Positions 1-10,311 of a stretch of DNA of 64,000 nt are shown piece after piece (the first letter of the stretch is position 1; each line of letters begins with the position of its first letter). The DNA is from Dipteris shenzhenensis. Lineage: Eukaryota. The stretch lies in the NCBI GenBank assembly GCA_047967505.1, contig CM106538.1; one strand, 5' to 3'. The notes under the pieces are model-generated. The model did no database searches, was not told the origin of the DNA, and worked only from the letters and a program-made list of their open reading frames with translations. The position numbers and the translations under genes were made by a program.

Positions 1-1325
1 GAATCCGTATGCAGCTTCATGCTAGATTCTCACTGGTGATGGTGATGCCAATCGCAGTCATCTGATCACGCAGATTCTTCACCCTGGTGATGAACTTCTC
101 TGCCGCTTCAGACTCAGACAACTTCTCATTCGCGAGTTGAGTCTCTAGATTCCGAATTCGTGTCTGATTCTTGGTCTCGTACTGATTTTTCAAGACCGTC
201 CATGACTCCTCCGCTATGGTGACATGTTGAATTAACGCCATGACGGAATCACTAACACTGCAGACAATAGAACACAATGCATCTACATTTCTTCTTGTCC
301 ACGCGAGAATCTCATCCGCAGTTGGTACTATTTGTTGTCCTGCATTGGCTAGATCTGCGGTCTCGCAGCCAGCCTCATGTCCACCCTAGTAGTAGTGTCC
401 CAAAGCTCGTATGCGCTTAGGATGGTCTTCATCTTGGACTTCCAGTGTGGATAGTTAGAGCCATCCAACTTTCCGCTTTCGCCGAACAGTGGGATTCAGA
501 GTCTTGCGGGCTGGGCCATCTCTCACAATCTGCTCGCAAACAAAAACACACTACCAAATCTTCTTGCTAGAGTCCAGGCTCTGATACCATGTAAGAAAAT
601 AATACAACGTCTGTGCTCAACAGATAACAGGATCTCGTACGCAAGAGAGAAAACAAGATAGTATGGAGAATCAAAAATTTGATTACTATAGAACTCATAC
701 AATAGATGGCGCTGCCTCCCAACCGTGTGCTCCTGTGAAAGAAGCTTCGATGGCATGCTGGAAACAATAGAAGACGGAGGCTAGATGCTAAGGATTCAGG
801 GTTGCTGTAGCCAGTGATGAAATGGGCTTCACGGGATTGCTCTTATATAGCCACTAGTCATAGTCGGTTAGGCTCAATTGGGTGACCGACCCAGTCCACC
901 CAAAACAATCGACTGGGGGTCGGTCTCGAAATAGGCCACCGACCATACGATAGAACCGGTGTGCAAAACAAAGCAACTAACCTACGTTCTTCGTTCGGCC
1001 CAGAGCCATCCGAGATCATCTGAGGCTCCAAACGGGCCCTGCAACCCGAGAGTGGGCTGCCCCGAGAAATGCTCCATCTACCCTTAGTGCAGTCAACCAA
1101 GGGATGCCTTCCTGCACTTGCATGTAGCCTAGTTGGTGGTGTGCCAACTCTATCTGAAGCCGTCCAGCCATCAGGCCACACATGGCCCCCATCTGGTGTC
1201 CAACAAACTAGGACCTACTAGATAACCGAGCTACTCAAATGCCTTCTCCTCATATGGGGGGGCTTACAAGTAGAGTTAGCTAGTTCCTGCGTAGTTACAC
1301 AAGAGTGGAGCATTGATATCTAACA
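1..1325 (-). mobile_element. Ty1/copia LTR retrotransposon, copy A (5' part; continues beyond window start)
   Basis: LTR 590-1325 (TG...CA) is the reverse complement of the LTRs at 1832-2525 and 20547-21276. Met-tRNAi PBS (TGGTATCAGAGC on -) at 578-589. Degenerate gag 1-519 matches the gag at 2596-3097. Confidence 0.93.
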
Positions 1326-1831
1326 GTTCCCTCTCCCTCTAGTATAAAGAGTCCCATTGTATTTTCCCCTCCAAAGTTTTCCCCCCCTCCCCCCCCCTTT
1401 TTTTACCCCCCTCTTCAAAATGTTGCTCTTTATCTCCCCTCTTTTGTCTATATATTTATTATTTCCCTTTTTAAATCTTAGTGTAATTAAACACTCTCAT
1501 TATCACTTTATTCCTCGCTTTTCAAATTTTATTCTTAACCCTTCTTAAGATTTTATTTGATTATCTGGAAAAAGTTGTTTCTTATAGTCCTTATCCCATC
1601 AAAGACCTTACTCCCCCCCCCTTTTTTTTTCATTTTCTTTACTTTATATTTAAAAACATTTCATCTTCTTTGATTTTTTCTTCTCAGATTACCTTTACTT
1701 ATATTAATTTTTTCTAAACCATTCCTTAACCCTCCTTTCCCAATTACTTATATTAATTTGTGTTAAAATTCCCCCTCCCCTCCTTTTTTTCAAAGGTTCA
1801 TTATTTTCTCTCCTTAACCTCTAGACTAATA

Positions 1832-2525
1832 TGTTAGATATCAATGCTCCACTCTCGTGTAACTACGTGGGAGCCAGCTAACTCTACTTGTAAGCCCCCT
1901 ATATGAGGAGAAGGCATTTGAGTAGCTCGGTTATCCGGTAGGTCCTGGTTTGGACACCAGATGGGGCCATGTGTGGCCTGATGGCTGGACGGCTTCAGAT
2001 AGAGTTGGCACACCACCAACTAGGCTACATACAAGTGCGGGAAGGCATCCCTTGACTGACCGCACTAAGGGTAGATGGAGCATTTCTCCGGGCAGCCCAC
2101 TCTCGGGTTGTGGGGCCCGTTTGGAGCCTCAGATGATCCCGAACGGTGACCATAGGTTAGTTGCTCTGTTTTGCGCACCGGTTCTATTGTATGGTTGGTG
2201 GCCCGACTATTTTGGGTGGACTGGGTCAGTCACCCAATTGAGCCTAACCGACTACGACTGGTGGCTATATAAGAGCAAGCTCGTGAAGCCCATTTCATCA
2301 CTGGCTATAGCAACCGTGATTCCTTAGCATCCAGCCTCCATCTTCTACTGTTTCTGGCACACCATCGAAGCTTCTTTCACAGGAGCGCACGGTTGGGAGG
2401 CAGCGCCATCTATTGTATCAGTTCTATAGTAATCAAATGTTTGATTCTCCATACTATCTTGTTTTCTCTCTTGCGTACGAGATCCTATTATCTATTAAGC
2501 ACAGACGTTGTATTATTTTCTTACA
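1832..2525 (+). repeat. 5' LTR of copia copy B
   Basis: TGTTAGATATC...TTCTTACA followed by the PBS. Has two short internal deletions relative to the 3' LTR. Confidence 0.95.
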
Positions 2526-2595
2526 TGGTATCAGAGCTTGGACTCTAGCAAGAGGATTTGGTAGTCTATTTCTGTTTGCGAGCAGATTGTGAGAG

Positions 2596-3097
2596 ATGGC
2601 CCAGCCCGCAAGACTCCGAATCCCACCATTCGGAAAAAGCGGAAAGTTGGACGGCTCTAACTATCCTCTCTAGAAGTTCAAGATAAAGACCATCCTAAGC
2701 GCATATGAGCTTTGGGACACTGCTACTGGGGTGGACGTGAGGCCGGCCAGATCCAGCCAATGCAAGACAACAGATAGTACCAACTGCGGATGAGATTCTC
2801 GCGTGGATAAGAAGAAATGCAGATGCACCGTGTTCTATTGTCTGCAGTGTTAGTGATTCCATCATGGCGTTAATTCAACATGTCACCACAGTGGAGGAGG
2901 CATGGACAGTCTTGAAAAATCAGTACGAGACCACAAATCAGACACAGATTTAGAATCTGGGGACTCAACTCGCGAATGAAAAATTGTCTGAGTCTGAAGC
3001 GGCAGAGAAGTTCATCACCAGGGTGAAGAATCTACACGATCAGATGACTGCGATTGGCATCACCATCACTAGTGAGAATCTAGCACGAAGTTGCCTA
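2596..3097 (+). pseudogene. copia gag, N-terminal part
   Basis: MAQPARLRIP...GKLDGSNY...ENLARSCL, with stops and a frameshift. The reading continues at 17076 as CLRILPPKYDGLV. Confidence 0.88.
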
Positions 3098-4924
3098 CCT
3101 CGGGGGGTCCATCTAGGAAATGTAAGTATACTATGAGAGTTCAAAATGACGGGTATTTTAATTCTCAAGACTTACAGAAAAATATTTATAGCAGGGGTAA
3201 TTTTATACACTGTTTTAAAATTGACAGGTAGGGTGTGTTTATTCTCAGATCTAAATTAAAAGTTATTTTTTAAATATTGTTTCATCTAGGATGATGTGTA
3301 AGAGTAGTCACAATTTGTTGATGGGTGACTCAAAATTTTAATGTGCTGACTACCCCTCGCAGTCATGATAAGTAGATATTGGTGTTGGATTGATCCAACT
3401 GTGGTCTCTCAAGTTCTCCTCAAGTTCTAGACACTCCACAGATCATCTTGCATGGCGATCAAGATCTCACCGATGTTAGCCCCATAAGAAATTCCTCCTC
3501 GACCAAAAATATCAACTAGACCCACAAGAAGATCATCATGAAGTCATTGGTAGTGTGGAAGGTGGGGCCCTCCATGCCATCCCATCGACTAAAAACTTCA
3601 CAAAGAGAATCAAAGAAGCTGCCAGGTCTATTGGGTCAAGGATGGAGAAGAGATTTGATTTTTTTAGATATGCCTATAAAGTTTTTGCTCAAAGTTTTTG
3701 CTCACTAATCGGGGTGAAGAGAGGAGATAGGGTTTGGGTAGGAAAACAAAAAGCATTTGTAATTGTAGTAAAGAATCAAATACCTCAAGCTTTGTGGCTT
3801 CAAGAATTGAATTGTGGCCTGGATGAGAATTCCTACATGCATCACAAATAAGATATTTCTACTCATATCAGAATACTCTTGGATAGATAGCCAATTGGGC
3901 AAGAGGGTGAGGTGAGAGCCATGTTGAGGTCGAAGGGGTTGCTAGCTACATTCATTTGTGCGTTGAAATCTAAGAAGGGGATTATCCAATACTGGGAGGG
4001 GTGCTAGTCATCAAAGTGTGTGACAGAGTAGAAGGTGAGACCTTCGGAGTGCATCCGCATCACATAGGAGGAGTCATTGCTCCAAAGCTCCATACCCTCA
4101 TAGAAAAAGATCCCTGCGATGATTGTATCGGTATGCTCCTCAGTGTTAGAAAAAAACCATCATTTAGTGTATTCTGAAGTGGTAAAAATGGCAAAAAACT
4201 GTCGTAAGTGGTGAGAAGCAGGTTATTAAAAAGGATAAAATTTTATGGCAATCTCGACTTTAATGATATTTAAAAGATATACCTTGAAAATCAAGGTTAG
4301 ATTAATAAGCTCTCTTTGGAATACCGGTTAATGTTGATAAAGCACTTTATAAACTAAAGGTTATATAATATATTCTTATTTTTATATAATATTAATAAAA
4401 TTTAAACAAATTAATCCATGTGGCTTGCATAATAACCCTTGATCAAACAGATCAACTTAGATTTCATCATCACCGTTGATTGCTTGTTAGATGTGTGGTT
4501 GTCATCTCTTATCCTTTAGGTCTCCTCCACTCTTTTCTCAAACTTTGCTCTTGCTTTCACATCATGCTCTTAGCTCGAGCACTTGCCACTGAGTGCCACC
4601 ACCATCAATCTCCAGTTCAAAGAAAGCCCCAACTTGTTTGCAGTTTTGACGACTCACGACTCGTCACTAAAGACTGAAGACTCAAGTCACTCAACAGCAG
4701 CCAGGTACTTTCATTGAGCAGTCATTTGGAATCTGTATTCTGGAAATTGGTTGAAGGTTCTTCTAAGTTCTATGCCCCCCTTCCCTAGAAAATGGAAACC
4801 TACGAGCTTCCCAATTCCTTCATGTGTGATCCCCTCAACTCAAGCTTCAGCGTGAACAGCCTGTTGCCTTAGTACGTAGTATTTGTAGGTTACTGTTGTG
4901 CCTCTTGCTCGCCTGCCAAACCTT

Positions 4925-5020
4925 TAGCTGCATCCTCACCTTGATTAGATTCAATGGGTGCATCGCACACCCCGCCACTATTGATGCCACCCTGCCTTCC
5001 ACAAAGCCCTTCCACCCCAT
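4925..5020 (-). pseudogene. captured 5' fragment of a mitochondrial dicarboxylate carrier (DIC/UCP5-like)
   Basis: MGWKGFVEGRVASIVAGCAMHPLNLIKVRMQL resembles the plant DIC N-terminus (MGxKGFxEGGIASIVAGCSTHPLDLIKVRMQL), including the carrier signature Px[D/E]xxKxR. Confidence 0.8.
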
Positions 5021-7484
5021 CGCTGTGCAATGCAACTTTGGTCACTCGACACGTAGTCCTGGGGAGAATAGATCTTGGGGGTCTCAGAGCTGTCGAAAAG
5101 CCGCTACGCTTGCATGCGGGATCTGCATCAAATGAAAACATTGATTAGGATTTCACCATTGTCACCTTTTGCTTGGACTCCCCATCTCCTGATGCGACTG
5201 CTCCTTTTGGCTCAACCGTGCCTTCGTGGGTGGCTTAATTCTGCACTCCAAGAAATCGTATGGACTCCATGAACTGTGACTCCTTGAGCCTTACAGCTTC
5301 TAGAGAATTGTCCATAACTCACCTCCCTCCAATTATACCCAACTTGGAGCACACCAGTGAGACGAATTTGAGCTTTTCGGCAAATTGCACCTATGTCTCT
5401 CTGGGTAGCAGCTTGCATCGCCCTCGTCACGCGATTACTTACCTTTTTGCTTTTGCTAGTAACATGGTGGTTGTGTTGGAGTATGGCTGCCATTATAGCA
5501 AGTTCTTAGTCTTTCTAACATATATGAATCTAGATAGAAACTGAGCAGCTTTCTGTGTTTCCAGTTGCTAAATTTTCGTTTCGAGGAGAGGGTGGCAGCT
5601 AGGTTTGAAGATTATTTGCTCTTTCCCCACTTTCCTTCTGCTCTACTGCTGTGGGCTTTCGATTGCTTGTGACTCTGGCGCAATAGCTGTTGCACAAGTC
5701 ACATCTTATTGGCCCAAGATCGGGGGATCTTTTTCCAAATGCTGTTGAAACCATCTACTTATTCTCAGAAGTTTTACACTGTGTAGTAATTTTTGGACGT
5801 GGGTTCCACTCTCTTTCCCACAAGCGGCTTCTAGAAGGGATTGTTTACACAGATCGCATAATAATCCTTGGTTTGTTGCTTATGATAACTAGTGCGGTCA
5901 TTTTGCATTGTGACAAGGCCGAAGTGCATGGACTGGTGGCTGAGCTTGAATGTCTTTGAAGCTAGAGGCTCTGGAGTTGTTGGAGAAGCCAGAGGTTTGA
6001 GGCACCTAGCTTGCACTTGGAGCTGCTGTTGATGCCCAACTACACAGACCGGTTGAGTTGATGGAGTGGTTGTGGACGTGGGAGATGCGTGTGAAGATTC
6101 ATTTGAGCCTAGAGTTTGTCATTCAGTTGTAGTGAGGCACTACAACTATGCACATGAGCCGCTTACTATTGGGGGCTTGCTGCTATGGAGTTTTGTTTGT
6201 ACGCATTGTGGATGCTTGAGAAGGCGTATTGGAGCTGTTTGTTGATGAGGCATGTCGTCAGCTTGCTGCTACTGGAAGCTCAGTTCTCTTCTTGAGCGTG
6301 CTACCCCCCATCATGAGGGCTCTACAAAAGCTTTCCATTGTTGTAAGGCTCCTCTATCTAGGGCCCTGTCTACATGGCAAAACAGTAGAACACAATCTGG
6401 AGAGTTTTGGAAATTAGTGCCAAAGACCAAAACCGAATCCTAAAGACTGTGAGAAGATTAAAAGTCCCCTGATTATGGATCTGTAGGGCTGCATTGCACA
6501 CAATCTCTCTTCCCTAGTTGTGGGGTTCCAATGCCAATTTTGTTTGCTCTCAACCATGAAAATAGATGTACCATGTCCCAACGTACTAGTGTACTAACGA
6601 TATCCAAGCTCACAGCACTCCAATTTCACTCCTGGCTTCACTTTAATCCAGAGGGATCATCATGATAGGGCATCCCTGCCTCATATCAAGTACAACCCTA
6701 TTTATATCATGATAGAGCAAAATATCAGTACTCAACTCTATTCACACGACTCTGCCAAATAGCATATGGTAGCTAGAAGTCCCCACAGTAATTTCGTTAT
6801 GGTGAGTTTCAGAACCTGTGATATCCCCATACCTCTACTTAATACTAACTGAAGCATATGGTAGTACATGATGAGGAGAAAGACCTAGACTCAAAAACCT
6901 GCATACATTCGGCAATCGGAAGCTATGTTTGATTGCATTGTCCAACTCTAGTCTCCAAGTCTTGCATGCTGATGGGAAATTGTTGAGCAGTATACCAATT
7001 TGGGCAAATGATGGATAGGAAAGGGCAGTATCTAGGTGGAATCATAAGGAGACAAAAGGATGGAGATAGCCAAGGAAGACAACTTAGATGTATGGAAAGG
7101 AAACGGATAAGGTAGGTGAAAGGGGGAAACAAACAGGTCTACTTAACGTCCACACATGCTTGAAACACTTGCTTGGAATATTTTCTTGAAAGTGACATGA
7201 TGAGACAAGATTTTAACTTTGGAACTTCTATGAATTTGATATGCAAGAGAGTAGGAAGGTCCTCCAGAAGCTTGGAGGGCCTCCTCCAAGCCCCTCCCTC
7301 TTTTCAAATGCAATGATGACTTAAGCTACCACCTCATCTTTTGGAAGATGAGGATGATTGTTGGAGCATATAGCATGCAATAAATAATTTCATGTTTATA
7401 TATGCCTATGCTTCTTTAGTCTATGCTTCTATGCCATTTATGCTTTATGCTTTAATATTTCTATAGTCTTAGTATGTATTAAGC

Positions 7485-8340
7485 AATCAAGTCATGCAAT
7501 GTATAGTATGTAAGCAATCTAGCCTCGGGAGCACTCCGGTCTCTTGACATGGTCTGCAATTCCCCTGGCAGAATGCTTATAGAATCAAGTCATGCAATGT
7601 ATAGTATGTAAGCAATCTAGCCTCGGGAGCACTCCGGTCTCTTGACACGGTCTGCAATTCCCCTGGCAGAATGCTTACATAATCAAGTCCTGCAATGTAT
7701 AGTATGTAAGCAATCTAGCCTCGGGAGCACTCCGGTCTCTTGACATGGTCTGCAATTCCCCTGGAAAAATGCTTACAGAATCAAGTCGTGCAATGTATAG
7801 TATGTAAGCAATCTAGCCTCAGGAGCACTCCGGTCTCTTGACACGGTCTGCAATTCCCCTGGCAGAATGCTTACAGAATCAAGTCGTACAATGTATAGTA
7901 TGTAAGCAATCTAGCCTCGGGAGCACTCCGGTCTCTTGACACGGTCTGCAATTCCCCTAGCAAAATTCTTATAGAATCAAGTCGTGCAATGTATAGTATG
8001 TAGCAATCTAGCCTCGGGAGCACTCCGGTCTCTTAACACGGTCTGCAATTCCCCTAGTAGAATGCTTATAGAATCAAGTCCTGCAATGTATAGTATGTAA
8101 GCAATCTAGCCTCGGGAGCACTCCGGTCTCTTGACACAGTATAGAATCAAATCATGCAATGTATAGTATGTAAGAAATCTAGTCTCGGGAGCACTCCGGT
8201 CTCTTGACACGGTCTGCAATTCCCCTGGCAGAATGCTTAGAGAATCAAGTCGTGCAATGTATAGTATGTAAGCAATCTAGCCTTGGGAGTACTCCGATCT
8301 CTTAACATGTTCTGCAATTCCCTTGGAAGAATGCTTAGAA
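7485..8340. repeat. 98-bp tandem repeat, 9 units
   Basis: Units start AATCAAGTC (AATCAAATC in one) at 7485, 7583, 7681, 7779, 7877, 7975, 8072 (short unit), 8145 and 8243. Confidence 0.95.
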
Positions 8341-8403
8341 AATCAACTCAATAATTGGAAATACACCTACATGCTCACAAGAATCAAACCGTTTAGTTGT
8401 GTG

Positions 8404-8432
8404 TGAGAGAGAGAGGAAGGGATAGAGAGAGA

Positions 8433-8521
<89 letters not shown>

Positions 8522-8526
8522 AGAGA
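8404..8526. repeat. (GA)n microsatellite
   Basis: Long GA dinucleotide run directly upstream of the kinase ORF. Confidence 0.95.
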
Positions 8527-8575
8527 GGATAATCTTACAAAAGCAACTAATTTTGTTTTATGTGCAGAAGGTAAC

Positions 8576-9949
8576 ATGGACAAGATGAAGAGTCATAAAA
8601 AACGCGTGTTATATGAATATAGATTCAAGGAAGGAATGCGAAAAATATTCTCTAAGTGTCTTTGCATGAGCTTGTTATCAAAAACGTAGGAAGATTTGGA
8701 AAAGTATTTTGACTTAGGGGAAAGAGGGATGGATAAGCTTTGTGTGGATCTTTCCTCTGATGTCATTACCATGATGAAGAATGAAGATCCACAATGGAAT
8801 ATGCAATATGAATTTCAAGATAATTTTTGTGTGAGTATTCGCATAGAACTAGGGAGAGTTAAAAGTGTTTATGAAAAGCGGACAAGCACATTCAATCCCA
8901 GAGATACAAATAATTAAGAAGAGTTGATTGATTGGTTTTCCTTAAAGTGGAAGGCAGTTATGAGTTCAAAGAGGAAAGCATTCAATGCCAGTTCTTCAAA
9001 AGAATGTGTCAATCCCACAGGATTGAAGATGCCATCTTTGTTTTTTCTTGAGAAGCAACAGATTCATGTACAAGAGAAAGATTATGTGCTGGGTGAAGGC
9101 TCATATGGAAGAGTGGTGAAAGGTAACATCATTGGTGTAGACTGCTTTGATCCAAAAGAGACCTTTGCCATTAAGAAACTTAAGGTATCTCAAAAGCCAA
9201 GTGAAAGGGAAGAGAGAAGGTCCATGCAAGAGTTAATGGCAAATATGGAAACAATGCAAGCCCAATTACCTCATAGAGGACTTGTTCGCACGATTGCTCG
9301 TGTGATAAATCCTCCAAGATTGGTATACCAGCATTGGAATGGGGAGAAATTGGACAAATGATCAAGGTTAAATGCTATGACCTCAGTCTATGTGGGAGAG
9401 GAGCTAGACCATTTATCTCGTGTCCGTACTCATGCCGTAAATCTAGCTGGTACTTTGATGGGGACATTAAAATACATGCATGGAAAAGATCTTTTGCATA
9501 ATGACTTGCATCCTTCGAACATTATGCTTCACTTTGATAGTGAGTGTGATAAGGTCTTCATAGGAATTATCGATTGGGGATTTAGCAAGAGTGATAACTA
9601 TGTCAATGATGGCAAGGATCGATGTGATCCTCAATTCAAAGAGTGATGCATGCGAAGAAAGTGGTTGGCTCCTGAGTTGTATACTTTTCCATATGCAAAG
9701 TTTTCCAAGGAAACTGATATTTATGCTGCAGCCTTTTCATTGGAAAAGTTGTATCGGCTAGCTTACAAGTACTTTGTTCACATCCAAGATGCAACTAAGT
9801 TGGATCACTTAAAGCGTTGGTGGAAGAGAATAGAGGAAATGAGAAATCCTATTCCTAAAGCTAGACCTACTGCAACAGATGTTACTCATACATTTGAAGT
9901 TATATTCAAAGTCACATGTGAAAGTGCATTACGACATGATGCATTGTAA
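8576..9949 (+). pseudogene. intronless Ser/Thr(Tyr)-type protein kinase, transposon cargo, four in-frame stops
   Basis: ORFs 8696, 8924, 9377 and 9650 share one frame. Motifs LGEGSYGRV, FAIKK, MQE, HNDLHPSN, IIDWG, WLAPE, DIYA, RPTA. Stops at 8687, 8915, 9359 and 9644. Confidence 0.88.
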
Positions 9950-10311
9950 CCTTTTGTAGCACTATAGTTTCTAAATAATATTCCAAAGATTGATGGTTTT
10001 CTTTCTAGTACATGATCTATTTATGTATATAAAAAACATGTCAACTTTTTTAATTTATTCTTTCAAATGACTCATTAATAATGTTTATGTAATATTTGTG
10101 TTGATACAAGCAAGAATTAGAAGGTCTATAGTTATTTGTTTTGAGATAGCATTTGTGAAATACTTTATTTTTCTCTCCTCTTAAGCTAGAATATTGATCT
10201 TCAATAAATACCATTAGTGATTTAGACTATGGCATACCATTTAGAATTTAAAAGTTATGAGTTTATTTATATTTTTCTCTTATTTTGATTAGGTATACTA
10301 TTGATCATATC

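Noticed and set aside
5150-7130. Possible decayed minus-strand gene or LINE ORF1 inside the DNA transposon
   Set aside because: Composition looks coding-like but no diagnostic motif could be read reliably.
7485-8340. Regular array as a CRISPR-like locus
   Set aside because: Whole units are near-identical with no unique spacers, so it is a plain tandem repeat.
8335-8588. SL/RE-repeat ORFs (also 21374-21865)
   Set aside because: These are GA/CT microsatellite translations.
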